IMG/VR virus record: IMGVR_UViG_3300037483_000925 | Location: 1-64,000 of that record | Reading direction: 5' to 3' (one strand) | DNA from: a virus | Taxonomy: Duplodnaviria > Caudoviricetes | Length of the DNA: 64,000 bases | Part shown: positions 8,910-18,265 of the stretch, piece after piece | Position numbering within the stretch: position 1 is the first letter of the stretch | Layout of the letters: each line of letters begins with the position of its first letter | The notes under the pieces: model-generated | The model's database searches: none | What the model was told of the DNA's origin: nothing | The model's input: only the letters and a program-made list of their open reading frames with translations | Position numbers and translations under genes: made by a program

Positions 8910-11859
8910 TGAGGAACCTCTTCACTTCCTTCTTTAATTCAGGAATAACCTGCCTACGGATGGTGTCCTGGTCCAAGTTCTTGACATTGGGGAAATTAAA
9001 ATACATGTCTCCGAAGGAGTTGCCTCCGCCCCCGCCAGATTCCCAAGTCTTGTTCTGAGACCTGGTCAGGACCCGCTCTCCGGCCTGGGCGATGATGGGC
9101 ACCTCGTCGGACTTGAGCCGGGGCCAGCCACGATGGGCATAGATAAGACCACCCTGATGAAGAAAAGGAATGGAATCCACCACCGCCGCCATCATGAGGG
9201 CAAATGCCGCCGAAGTCAGGGCTCCGGCAGCACCGACCAAGGCCGACGCAGCCATCATCTGGGTAGTAGCGGTCAATGCCTGGTAAATCTGGATGGCCAA
9301 ACCGGCCACCTGCAAAACCATACCGGCATAGACCAGGGCCTGGGAATTCATCATGATCCCGATCCCAGAAAGCAGCAAGCCACCGGCGGCAAGGCCAAAT
9401 TGAACGGTATTCAGATTGAATCCGGCACTTGCCCGCTGCAATCCGTCTGCCGCATGGGACAGGCCCTTGGTTGGGTCATCCCCTCCACGAGAAACTCCTG
9501 GGCGCATCATCTTTGCGGCAGAATCAAAAATCCTCATAATGCTGGCCTTGGTAATTTCCCCTAAGAACCCTTGCCACATAGTCTGACCAATTTTCTTGAG
9601 GGAATTCTTGTCATGGGCCAGAACCCCCTGGAGACCGGAGGAAAAAGCGCTTTGAAATCCGGATTCCAACCCGCCCATCATATCCTTAATGGAACTGCGT
9701 TGGTCCGCCTCCTTACCCCGGCCCCAGGCCCATCCGGAAAGGCCTTTGTTGTTCTCCATCTCCAGATTAAACTTCTTATACTGAGCCTCGACCGCCCGAA
9801 GGGCAGTAATCTGTTCGTAAGTATCTTGTGTGATCTTGCCTTCCCAACGGGCACGATCAAGCACAGCTTGGGCAAGTTTCAATTCAATCTCAAGAGATTG
9901 TCTCTTATTGTCAAGCTGCCCCTCAAGAGTCGGAGAAAGACTGGCCATGGCATCGTAATAACCTTTGAACAAGCTCAACCGTTCTGTTTCCATCTGCTGG
10001 GTAAGATCGTAATGCTTCCGATCGAAGACTTCTTGTACCTTGGCTGTTTTCTCTGCATTGCCCGCCACTTCATCGAATTTCTTGCGCTCGGCCGCGACCA
10101 GGGCCTCATAGGAATTGCCCAGACCGGAGATGTACCAGTCGTTGAAATCGCTGTCCAGCTTATCCTTCTTGGAATAGTAGGCGGCATCAGCAGCGGCTAG
10201 GGCGCCGCTCGTATCAAGGCCAGCCTTCTCCCATTTTTTGATTGACAGGAGTTGCTTGCCGTACCATTCGTTCAGAATAGCCTCTGTATCACCTGCTCCC
10301 TTTGCCACTTCCTGATTCATACTCTGAATAAAGGAGGCCATGGCCGATTCAGCCGCCTCGGTTCCCTTACCCTTGCCCTTGCCCTCCACCTGCTTGGCCA
10401 TAGCTCTGGCCGCCGCCTCATTGGCCTCCTGAATGGCCTTCTGTTGCTCGGCCATGATGTTCCGCATCTGCAACTCCGCCGCAGGGGGGGCCGGAGGACC
10501 AATGAAGGGCGGCGGGGCGGCGGGGCCAGCCAGGATCGATGCGCCGGGAACCGCACCCAAGAGCGGGTTCTCGGTAGATGCAGGACCAGGCTGGGTGAAT
10601 GTCTTATAGGCCCCGAACCCGGCCAATGCCACACTGACCGCCACCACGGCGGGCAGCAGGGTGATCATCATGGCATTGAGGGCGGCCCCAGATACCGTGG
10701 CTGCGGTCATGGCCGTGGCCATACCGTAGGCATTGGCGGAATAGGTGGTAGTCACGGCCTGGGCACCGGCAATGGTGGGGATTAAGCCCATGATAACCCC
10801 ACGGAAGACCGTGCTGGCTGTGCCGGCTGCAACCATTGCCGTATACAGGCCCTGGACCCAGGCAATGGCCTTGCTGATGATGTAGAACTCCGCCAAGGTC
10901 CTCAGCAATTCAAGATTGGAAGCGGCCCACTTGGCGGTCTCGATCCCGGCGCTTATGGTCCTGCCGACAAAGGTGCCAACCTGAAGGCCCAAGGCTCCCA
11001 GGGAGGTATGATTGGCATCGGCCCAGACCTTCAGTTCCTTGAAGGCATTGGTGATGCCCATCACCCCGGCCTCCATCCCGGGCTTGAACAAATCCCAAAG
11101 GGCCTCCTTGGCGGTCTCCGAATACCTGGCCATGGAGGCCAGCTGCTTGCCCACGGTCTCATCGGCAGCTGCTGCGGATCCAGCCAGCGGCACCGAGGCC
11201 CGCATGAACTCATTCAGCATGGCCTGGGACTTATGGGCGGTATTGAGCTGATCCCGGGTCTTGCCTATACTTACGGCATATTCCTTATAGACCTCGTCCA
11301 TTCCCCGGACCGATACACCCATGGTCCGCAGGATTTCCACCTGGCCCGACTCGATGCCATGCATCACCCGCATCAAGGTCTGGGAGGTATTCAGCAGCCT
11401 GCCCTCGGCATCCCTGGCGCCCACGGCTACATCCCGGACCCGGGTAGCAAATTCCTTCATTTGGTTCAGATTGAGCCCGAGAACCATGGCCTTGCTGATG
11501 GCGGACATGGCCTCCGTGGTGGTTACCCCAGTGGACTTGACCTCCTCCGTAAAATATTTCAGGGCTTGGGCGGAGACCCCAACATTCTTACCGATCTGGG
11601 TCATCACCACATTCATGGTCTCAAGCTTCATCCCGATGTTGATCACATCGGAAAGCAGCCTATAGGCGGAATAGGCTGCCATGGCCGCGGCTGCTAGCTT
11701 CATCATCTGGGCAGCGGCAGAGGAAGAGGCAGAGCTGACCTGGCCCATCTGACGCTCAGCAGCGGTCCCGGAACGGGTCAGGCTATCAAGCCCGGCCTGG
11801 GCCTGTGATACCCCATCCTGCTGCACCCGAATGGCCAAAGTGGCCATGTCCACAGCCAT
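8902..11859 (-). CDS. tape measure protein
   Basis: 985 aa, Ala/Gly-rich helical, C-terminal HQGG...DEVPIIAQAGERVL motif, follows tail chaperones. Confidence 0.92.
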   Translation of the reverse strand: MAVDMATLAIRVQQDGVSQAQAGLDSLTRSGTAAERQMGQVSSASSSAAAQMMKLAAAAMAAYSAYRLLSDVINIGMKLETMNVVMTQIGKNVGVSAQALKYFTEEVKSTGVTTTEAMSAISKAMVLGLNLNQMKEFATRVRDVAVGARDAEGRLLNTSQTLMRVMHGIESGQVEILRTMGVSVRGMDEVYKEYAVSIGKTRDQLNTAHKSQAMLNEFMRASVPLAGSAAAADETVGKQLASMARYSETAKEALWDLFKPGMEAGVMGITNAFKELKVWADANHTSLGALGLQVGTFVGRTISAGIETAKWAASNLELLRTLAEFYIISKAIAWVQGLYTAMVAAGTASTVFRGVIMGLIPTIAGAQAVTTTYSANAYGMATAMTAATVSGAALNAMMITLLPAVVAVSVALAGFGAYKTFTQPGPASTENPLLGAVPGASILAGPAAPPPFIGPPAPPAAELQMRNIMAEQQKAIQEANEAAARAMAKQVEGKGKGKGTEAAESAMASFIQSMNQEVAKGAGDTEAILNEWYGKQLLSIKKWEKAGLDTSGALAAADAAYYSKKDKLDSDFNDWYISGLGNSYEALVAAERKKFDEVAGNAEKTAKVQEVFDRKHYDLTQQMETERLSLFKGYYDAMASLSPTLEGQLDNKRQSLEIELKLAQAVLDRARWEGKITQDTYEQITALRAVEAQYKKFNLEMENNKGLSGWAWGRGKEADQRSSIKDMMGGLESGFQSAFSSGLQGVLAHDKNSLKKIGQTMWQGFLGEITKASIMRIFDSAAKMMRPGVSRGGDDPTKGLSHAADGLQRASAGFNLNTVQFGLAAGGLLLSGIGIMMNSQALVYAGMVLQVAGLAIQIYQALTATTQMMAASALVGAAGALTSAAFALMMAAVVDSIPFLHQGGLIYAHRGWPRLKSDEVPIIAQAGERVLTRSQNKTWESGGGGGNSFGDMYFNFPNVKNLDQDTIRRQVIPELKKEVKRFLNG

Positions 11860-12198
11860 CTATTTTTCCCTTACCTTGGCGCCAACCGCCGTCTGGTACG
11901 CCGCATGGAGCTGTCCCATCACCTCTGCCTCCCATGGATCAATTTCCTTGCCAGTCCTCCTGGCCCAAGCATCGAGGGCGAGCCAGAACCCGCCCTCGCC
12001 CATGCCCCCGGCCACGTCCCAGAACCACTGCCAAAGATAGGCAAGCTCAAAGGGCAGGTCCGGGGGATCGAGCCTCCCATCCCATTCTCCAGACTGCTTG
12101 CAGTAGCTCTTGAGATGCTCACGCAGCGTCGTCCCGTCCTTCCGCGGATAGTCCAGGTCTATGGCTGGCTTGACGGCCTGCTTCAGGTCCTGGACCAT
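11860..12198 (-). CDS. tail assembly chaperone, -1 frameshift extension (gpT-like part of G-T fusion)
   Basis: In the -1 frame relative to 12198..12611, just after the slippery heptamer. Confidence 0.8.
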   Translation of the reverse strand: MVQDLKQAVKPAIDLDYPRKDGTTLREHLKSYCKQSGEWDGRLDPPDLPFELAYLWQWFWDVAGGMGEGGFWLALDAWARRTGKEIDPWEAEVMGQLHAAYQTAVGAKVREK

Positions 12199-12611
12199 CA
12201 GGCTAAAAAATTTGCCCGGTCCGCGATGAACTTGTCCACCTGATTCCTGAGCCAGGCGAAGCCCGGGTTGGAGTACAAGGCCTTGGCATTCTCCCTGGTG
12301 AACGGGTAGGGCTTACCGTTCATCACCATCCCCTCCCATCCGAGGGTGCAGGCGGCGAGGAGGTCCGTCGCCTGCTCCTGGTCCTTCTCCACCGGGGGCG
12401 GCACGTAGGCCCTCCCGGGCATCACCTTCTGCCTCAGCTTGTTGGCCTGCTTGTTGACGAACGAGCGGTAGACCTCAGAGTCCTCGCCCGCCAGGGTAAT
12501 CCTAATCCCCAGCCTGGTGTCGTTGGCCGGGTGCAGGACCTCGAGCACCGCCCCCTCCTCGGCCTTCTTGATGGTGCTCAGGTTGCTCAGATCAAATCCT
12601 TTCGTTGACAT
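12198..12611 (-). CDS. tail assembly chaperone (gpG-like)
   Basis: Between tail tube and tape measure; ends RANFLA. Confidence 0.85.
   Translation of the reverse strand: MSTKGFDLSNLSTIKKAEEGAVLEVLHPANDTRLGIRITLAGEDSEVYRSFVNKQANKLRQKVMPGRAYVPPPVEKDQEQATDLLAACTLGWEGMVMNGKPYPFTRENAKALYSNPGFAWLRNQVDKFIADRANFLA
12204..12210 (-). other. programmed -1 ribosomal frameshift site U UUU UUA
   Basis: Minus strand GCA AAT TTT TTA GCC TGA; the -1 frame continues TTT AGC CTG ATG GTC CAG into 11860..12198. Confidence 0.85.
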
Positions 12612-12641
12612 TTCCTATCCTTTCCGTTGGTTATTTGACTC

Positions 12642-13694
12642 CTACGCCGACGGCGAGGCCGACGGCGATACGCTCGGGCTCAGGCTCGGACTCAGACTCG
12701 GGCTGATGGACGGCGATACCGAGGGGCTGATGCTCGGGCTGATGGACGGCGATACCGAGGGGCTGATGCTCGGGCTGACCGACGGGGATGCGGAGCCACC
12801 CGGATGCCTGGTAATCTGAAGGTTGGTGTTAAGGGTATGGTGGAGACCATTGAAGCTCATCTCCACGGGAATGGGCTTCTCGTCATTGACCGGATTGTCA
12901 CCGGTGGTGTACTGGAGGTTGTTGATCAGCCAAGTGATGGCCAGGCCGGTGCTCCCGGTGATGAACCTGAGCGAGCTGGCCGTCTCGTTCAGGAACTTGT
13001 TGAGCATGGTCATGTCGGTGAAGAAGAAAGTGCCCTTGCCCTCGCACTTGGACCGCCCCCAGGAAATCTGCGGGGCGTACTTGCTCCCCACCACGAAATT
13101 GGCCTCCAGGCCATTGTCCAGGGTGAGGGTGATGGCCGAGCACAGGGCGTTGGCCACGCCGCCCTCGTAGATAGAGGCAGAGAAGGTATCCATCGGGGGA
13201 TTGGCCGAGGCCGAGTTGAAGGTCGAGCCCGCCGGCAGGGCCGCGGTCATGTTCGAGCCGATGAAACTGAGCTTGCCGGTGGCCATGCCGCTGGGCTTGA
13301 TGTCCAGGGACAGCTTGCTGGGGCTGCACCCGCTGAAGCACTCGTACTGGGTGATATCCGCGAACTTGCGCAGGATGCTGAAGCTGCGCTGGGTAACCCC
13401 CTGCCGCAGGACATCCCCGCTCCAGGTGCCGCCCATGAGGGCCTCCAGCATGTCGTCGAAGGCACTGTAGCTCAGCTCGAAGCCCACGTCCCCCTCCACC
13501 TTGTAGGTGCCCAGGCGGACGTCGGTGATGGCCCGGTCGGACCGGAGTTCCTTGCTCTCGAACTTGTCCCTCTTCAGACCCAGCGAGCAATCGGTGTGCC
13601 GGAAAGGGGTCCAGGCGGGATTGTCCGGAGTGGTGCCGTAGGTATCCTCTGCCACGTAATAGAGCCCGTGGTAACCGCCGCTTGCAAAAGGCAT
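12642..13694 (-). CDS. major tail tube protein with C-terminal (SPSX)12 tail
   Basis: YYVAEDTYGTTP...SKELRSDR...VEGDVGFELSY tail-tube pattern; synteny. Confidence 0.88.
   Translation of the reverse strand: MPFASGGYHGLYYVAEDTYGTTPDNPAWTPFRHTDCSLGLKRDKFESKELRSDRAITDVRLGTYKVEGDVGFELSYSAFDDMLEALMGGTWSGDVLRQGVTQRSFSILRKFADITQYECFSGCSPSKLSLDIKPSGMATGKLSFIGSNMTAALPAGSTFNSASANPPMDTFSASIYEGGVANALCSAITLTLDNGLEANFVVGSKYAPQISWGRSKCEGKGTFFFTDMTMLNKFLNETASSLRFITGSTGLAITWLINNLQYTTGDNPVNDEKPIPVEMSFNGLHHTLNTNLQITRHPGGSASPSVSPSISPSVSPSISPSISPSVSPSISPSLSPSLSPSVSPSASPSA
12645..12788 (-). repeat. coding repeat, 12 x Ser-Pro-Ser-X
   Basis: SPSV SPSI ... SPSA SPSA-stop; 12-bp periodicity with mixed Ser codons. 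Confidence 0.95.
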
Positions 13695-13697
13695 AAT

Positions 13698-14054
13698 TTA
13701 ATCCTCCCTCAAATATAGTCTCCCGCCGCTGGCGGGGCCAAGTTCCTTCCCGAGGAAGGATATGACTTCGTCCACCCCGAGCCTCTCCGGCTTGCAGGTG
13801 GAAATCAGTATCTCCGTTTCGTTCCTGTCGTAATAGACGTCGGCCACTGCATAGGACTCCACCAATGGCTGGAACAGGGAGAAGCCGTCGCCCCCGGTCC
13901 CGTCCGGCAGGGGGTAGTCATCCACCGGATGGCTGCGGGCGGGGGTCATGCCGACGAGGCGGATGAGGCCCAGGACCACCCTCCTCGTCTCCGCCGGGGG
14001 AAGCCACCCCTGGCAGATGAACAGGAACTTCGCCTTGTTGTCCCCGAGGCTCAT
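13698..14054 (-). CDS. S-adenosylmethionine decarboxylase-like (pyruvoyl-type) protein
   Basis: GGDGFSLFQPLVES and ISTCKP resemble the SpeD G-x-S...ES self-cleavage site and CK motif; 118 aa. Confidence 0.55.
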   Translation of the reverse strand: MSLGDNKAKFLFICQGWLPPAETRRVVLGLIRLVGMTPARSHPVDDYPLPDGTGGDGFSLFQPLVESYAVADVYYDRNETEILISTCKPERLGVDEVISFLGKELGPASGGRLYLRED

Positions 14055-14063
14055 GGCGCCTCC

Positions 14064-14510
14064 CTAAGCATTGGATTCGCACCTGTACCGGACGTTGACC
14101 GGGATATGGTACCAGGAGGTATCCTCCTGCATCCCGGACGACGGCCACACCTTCTCGCATATCACCCGCAGGGTGTTGTAATTGATAACGGTCCCCGCCT
14201 TAAACACGGCCACAACCTCAGCGGCCTTGCCCTTAGGGGTGCCGAACCCGATGTTGATGGGATACAACACACTCACCTGGAATATCCCCTGGAACTGCTG
14301 CCAGGGGGTCTCGCCGATGGTGATGACATCGGTCTCCGCCGGCAGTAGGTGGACTCTCAAGTACGGGGTGCCCAGGACCGGGGCCTTGATAGTGGCATCC
14401 AGTGGATCCAGGTACTCGGCGTTCTCCCAGGCGATGGGCATGGTCGGGAAGGCCAGGGCCAGAGTTGTGTTCAATGCCGACTGAATGTCCTTGTCCGGTA
14501 TCACGGTCAT
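14064..14510 (-). CDS. tail terminator protein
   Basis: PIAWEN...PYLRVHLLPA...GIFQVSVLYP...WYHIPVNVRY; synteny before tail tube. Confidence 0.8.
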   Translation of the reverse strand: MTVIPDKDIQSALNTTLALAFPTMPIAWENAEYLDPLDATIKAPVLGTPYLRVHLLPAETDVITIGETPWQQFQGIFQVSVLYPINIGFGTPKGKAAEVVAVFKAGTVINYNTLRVICEKVWPSSGMQEDTSWYHIPVNVRYRCESNA

Positions 14511-14908
14511 AAGCTTGCCGCCGCCTTATTAATATAACTCTGCCATCTGGTCAGAGTAACCTTGACCATGCCCCTGGGGGCCTGCTGGCTGTGGCCGTCC
14601 TCGAGGCGCTTGATGTAGACCACATTATTATAGATGTAGCCTATCACTGAGGCCCGGGTAACCAGGCCCTGAACCTGCCCCTTACCCTTGGACAAAGCCC
14701 CCATACCGGATTTGTCCAGCTCCCCGATCTCACCGGAGACGAGGGAGCCACCAATCTGCCAGCCGCCCCGCGCTCGGCCCGTGTCAGTGGGCGTGGCCCA
14801 GACAATGTCCGCAAAGATGTCGAATATGACCTTCTTAATCAATAAATCATAATTTATCATGGTCTTTTTGGCGAACTTGCTCAGGTCAAGGGCAAACGAT
14901 CCAGCCAT
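14507..14908 (-). CDS. HK97 gp10-like neck/tail completion protein
   Basis: TPTDTGRARGGW, IYNNVVYIKRLEDGHSQQAPRGMV motifs. Confidence 0.85.
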   Translation of the reverse strand: MAGSFALDLSKFAKKTMINYDLLIKKVIFDIFADIVWATPTDTGRARGGWQIGGSLVSGEIGELDKSGMGALSKGKGQVQGLVTRASVIGYIYNNVVYIKRLEDGHSQQAPRGMVKVTLTRWQSYINKAAASL

Positions 14909-14911
14909 AAC

Positions 14912-15295
14912 CTATTTCCTCAGCAGGAGCTTGAACATAAGGTTCACCGCTCCCGGGTTGATCACCACCTGCGACATGACGTTCCAGACCACGCTGTCGA
15001 TCACCACCTGGTCCCCGGGCCGGGGACTGATAGCGAGGCCAGAGGACCCGATGGCCACCAGCCGGTCATCGGTCTGGACCAAGACGTCGTTAAAGAACCT
15101 CTGCCCGGAGCCCGACGTGGGCTTGCCCAGGGAAAGGATCAGGCCGCTCACCGAATAGTCGGTGACGGTGTCCGTCCCGAAGGTGCCGGCCGCGGCATCA
15201 TAGGTTCCCTTAGCGGTCCGGCGCAGGGTCATGGTGGAGCCGGCCCTGGCCAAGCCATCATTCACCTTCAAGGCTATGGAAGCATAATCAGGCAT
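14912..15295 (-). CDS. head closure/head-tail joining protein
   Basis: Likely start MPDYASIA; GTYDAAAGT, PRPGDQV...WNV motifs; synteny. Confidence 0.75.
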   Translation of the reverse strand: MPDYASIALKVNDGLARAGSTMTLRRTAKGTYDAAAGTFGTDTVTDYSVSGLILSLGKPTSGSGQRFFNDVLVQTDDRLVAIGSSGLAISPRPGDQVVIDSVVWNVMSQVVINPGAVNLMFKLLLRK

Positions 15296-15460
15296 CGATT
15301 CTAGCCTTTCCGCATCTGGAGCAAGAATAGCCGAAGCTATTGTCATACATCCAATGGGTAGATTCCCACTTATGGCCAAATAAAAAACAAATAATTGACC
15401 AAAATTCAAATTCTCCCCTTCGACTAAGCTTGATTATCTTTACAAACTCAGGTTCTTTCA

Positions 15461-16027
15461 TCAGCCCCTCTTGATGTCCATGGTGCTGCTGGACCTCAAC
15501 AAACCCCGAAGCCGGTTCGCCACGGCCTTGAACTCGGTCGTGGGCGAAGCCCCAGAGAAATACTCGAACTCAACCACGTCATACTTCTCCCGCTTCACCT
15601 GGCCCCCACGGTCCAGGTTCGGCTCCATGTCCTTGCCGGTGAGTATCAGCCAGGCACCCTCGCACTGGGCATTGATCACCTCGGCGGGAACCTCGCTAAT
15701 GCCGATCCAGTAGCCGTCCCGGTCCAGGACCCCGACCCAGTAGGTCTCGGGCTGGGTCAGGATGTTGATGTAGTTCCCCTCCCCGGCATCGCTCCCGTAC
15801 CTGGGCCAAGCCATGGGGTTGGACCTGTCGGTCTTGAACCCCCTGTACGGGAGGTCGTCCAGGTAGTCGGCCATCTTGACCAGGGCAGCCTTGATGACCT
15901 CGTCTCCGTAAACAGCGGTGTAGACCCGGCCCCTGTCATCACAATGGGTCTTGAAGTTGGCCAGGCTGACGTAGCTGTTGGCCCCGCTCACCACCGCCCC
16001 GGTCTCCACTGTGATTGTTATGGTCAT
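15461..16027 (-). CDS. head-tail adaptor (DnaT-like family)
   Basis: VETGAVVSGANSYVS, NPMAWPR, VKREKYDVVEFEYF motifs; start at 16027. Confidence 0.8.
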   Translation of the reverse strand: MTITITVETGAVVSGANSYVSLANFKTHCDDRGRVYTAVYGDEVIKAALVKMADYLDDLPYRGFKTDRSNPMAWPRYGSDAGEGNYINILTQPETYWVGVLDRDGYWIGISEVPAEVINAQCEGAWLILTGKDMEPNLDRGGQVKREKYDVVEFEYFSGASPTTEFKAVANRLRGLLRSSSTMDIKRG

Positions 16028-16155
16028 TTCTTCATTTTCCCTGTTCCAGCCATGGCTTCCTTGCTTTCCGGCATCCTGCCCATCTTCTGAATGCACTCGG
16101 TGGCCCCGGCCCCATGGTCAGGGGTTTTCATCGATTCGGCTGGCATCTTAGGCAT
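16024..16155 (-). CDS. small hypothetical protein (43 aa)
   Basis: Read manually, MPKMPAESMK...GKMKK; ATGA overlap with the adaptor gene. Confidence 0.4.
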   Translation of the reverse strand: MPKMPAESMKTPDHGAGATECIQKMGRMPESKEAMAGTGKMKK

Positions 16156-17134
16156 GTCCTTCATGTCTTTCATCATTTTCCATCTCCTTCAATTTTCTCA
16201 AGTCATCCTCGGCCCAACCCTTGACTGGCCAGAACTTCTCCACCAGCCAGGAGATTGGATGGACCCTATGCTCAAAGCCGCCATTCAGGAACTTATCCCA
16301 GGTCCGCCTCTTGGTCTCCAACTGGGCACCCCAGGACTGGGGATAGGGAAAGCTGAAATCCTTCCTGGTACGGAACATGTGGGCGTACCAGGTCCCATGG
16401 TACGCCAGCACCCGGCCGCCGCTGAGCCAGGTGGCACAGGCCACCTCGAGCCCCTGGTTGCCCCAGCTGCCCAGGGACTCGTCGCAGAGGGGCAAGGAGA
16501 AATACTTCTCCCTGGTGGCCATGAAGCAGGAACCCTGAAGGCTCATGGTCTCGGTGAACCCGGTCCTCCTAGCCTCCTTGGTCGAATCCCGGTGCTTGTA
16601 TTGCTCAAAATACTGAAAGTGAGGCTGGACATCAAAGCAATAGGACCAGCTCTGGGGATTCCTCTTGCCAATCCAGACCATCTTCCTTTTGATTCTCTCC
16701 CCGCCGCAGGCCTCACATCTCTCCGGCTTCGGCCCCTGGTAGACCTTCTTCCCGCAGCTATGGCACTTCCAATCGAAGGCCCAGAGATTACGCATGATCG
16801 GGACCATGGTCACATCATCCCCAGCCTGGGAGAATGCCTCCAACATCTTTCTGTCAAATCCCTTGTCGAAGGAGCAATGGGCATCACACTTCATCAAGTA
16901 ACGGCCCCGGGCCAGCTTGGCTGCCAGATTAGTGGCCGCCCTCTGGCCCACGGGCTCGGGGACATAGATCACGTTCACCCGGTCATCCTGCGGTATGCCA
17001 GGGTCGGCCCAGGCTCCGTCCAGGGTAGCGATGACTTCGGTATCCGCCTCGATATTCTCCAGGATGTCCTGAATAGTTCTGGCCAGGAACATCTCCTGCC
17101 GGGCGGGGATGAGTATCGACAAATCAGCCATCAA
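16148..17134 (-). CDS. glycosyltransferase family 2
   Basis: LSILIPARQE...VIATLDG...GQRAATNLAAKLARGRYLMKCDAH (GT-A, DxH). Confidence 0.9.
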   Translation of the reverse strand: MMADLSILIPARQEMFLARTIQDILENIEADTEVIATLDGAWADPGIPQDDRVNVIYVPEPVGQRAATNLAAKLARGRYLMKCDAHCSFDKGFDRKMLEAFSQAGDDVTMVPIMRNLWAFDWKCHSCGKKVYQGPKPERCEACGGERIKRKMVWIGKRNPQSWSYCFDVQPHFQYFEQYKHRDSTKEARRTGFTETMSLQGSCFMATREKYFSLPLCDESLGSWGNQGLEVACATWLSGGRVLAYHGTWYAHMFRTRKDFSFPYPQSWGAQLETKRRTWDKFLNGGFEHRVHPISWLVEKFWPVKGWAEDDLRKLKEMENDERHEGHA

Positions 17135-17795
17135 GATACTTCCTCTTCAAGTCGGCAATATTGCCCCAATGCGGCAATGCCGCCGCCCTGTTCCCGGCTC
17201 CAGACAGCGTCCTGGTCCCGGGCCTCATGCCGTTCCCCGTCTTGAAGCTGACGCAGGGCACTGCACAATCAAAGAGATTGAATGAGATTTTGTAATATTC
17301 CACAATCTTGTCCCTGCCGATGATCGGCCGGACCTCACCGTCGAGCCATTCCGGATACCCGGCCAAGAACTCCTTGAAATATCTGACTATGTATTCCCTC
17401 CTGCACACCTGGGCTCCCTCGGACCAGCGCTTCCTGGAATAGCCGTCCCCGTCCCGAAACACGATCCAGACGTTGCCGCACCTATGGATGTCCCCGCCCT
17501 TGGGTTGGAACCTGAAATACTCCTCCGGATACAGGAAGTCAGCCTCGGCGAATGCCACCCACTCGGTCCCGGCGGCCTCGGCCCCGATCTGGATCTGTCT
17601 CCACTCATTCAGGTATGAGTGGCCCACATCCCCGACGCAGATGTTCCTGCCCAAGTCCGTCGGCCTCTGGGTGACGCTGACCACAGGGAGATCCCCGCAT
17701 GATTCGAGCAGGCGGGCCATGATCCTGGCCTCGAACCCGGGTTCCTCCCTATTGCTGCTGTAATAGAGCACAGTCATATTGTCCCTTAGTCCCAT
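17124..17795 (-). CDS. GT-A-like glycosyltransferase (TVLYY type, paralogue of 18852..19502)
   Basis: TVLYYSSN...PVVSVTQRP...AFAEADFLYP acidic motif. Confidence 0.6.
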   Translation of the reverse strand: MGLRDNMTVLYYSSNREEPGFEARIMARLLESCGDLPVVSVTQRPTDLGRNICVGDVGHSYLNEWRQIQIGAEAAGTEWVAFAEADFLYPEEYFRFQPKGGDIHRCGNVWIVFRDGDGYSRKRWSEGAQVCRREYIVRYFKEFLAGYPEWLDGEVRPIIGRDKIVEYYKISFNLFDCAVPCVSFKTGNGMRPGTRTLSGAGNRAAALPHWGNIADLKRKYLDG

Positions 17796-18265
17796 GACGA
17801 TAGATCCCTACTGTTGCTTACCACCGTCGTCCACGGCCTGCAAAACTTCCAGTGATAGATGTACTTGAAATGGGGGTAGACTTCACTGTAGCTGTAGTGG
17901 TCCGTCTCCGAATCATGAAGTACGATGAAATCGGCCTTGTCCGCCAGTCTCAACGCATCCGTCGCCCGGCGCTCCGTAACATGGTCAATGAAGGCCACAT
18001 CCCAATGCCTGCCAAGGTTCACCTTGGCCCAATCGTCAACCAGGAACACCCTGTGGTTCCTGCTCCGGAACCCGTTGGCGAACCTGAAGAACTCCTCCTG
18101 GTCCTCGTAAGTCTCCAGGCGGCGCCCGGACTCAGCACAGAGCCAGTGGAGTAGAGGCGTGCTGAATACCCCTGACCCCAGCTCCAGGACCGGGCCGCTG
18201 GTTATCTGAACCGCCCTGATGAGCGTGGGCATGTGGGTGGTGTAATCCTTCCTGAGAGTCATCAT
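17786..18265 (-). CDS. class I SAM-dependent methyltransferase-like protein
   Basis: VLELGSGVFST motif I, DVAFID, IVLHDS; start at 18265. Confidence 0.7.
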   Translation of the reverse strand: MMTLRKDYTTHMPTLIRAVQITSGPVLELGSGVFSTPLLHWLCAESGRRLETYEDQEEFFRFANGFRSRNHRVFLVDDWAKVNLGRHWDVAFIDHVTERRATDALRLADKADFIVLHDSETDHYSYSEVYPHFKYIYHWKFCRPWTTVVSNSRDLSSWD

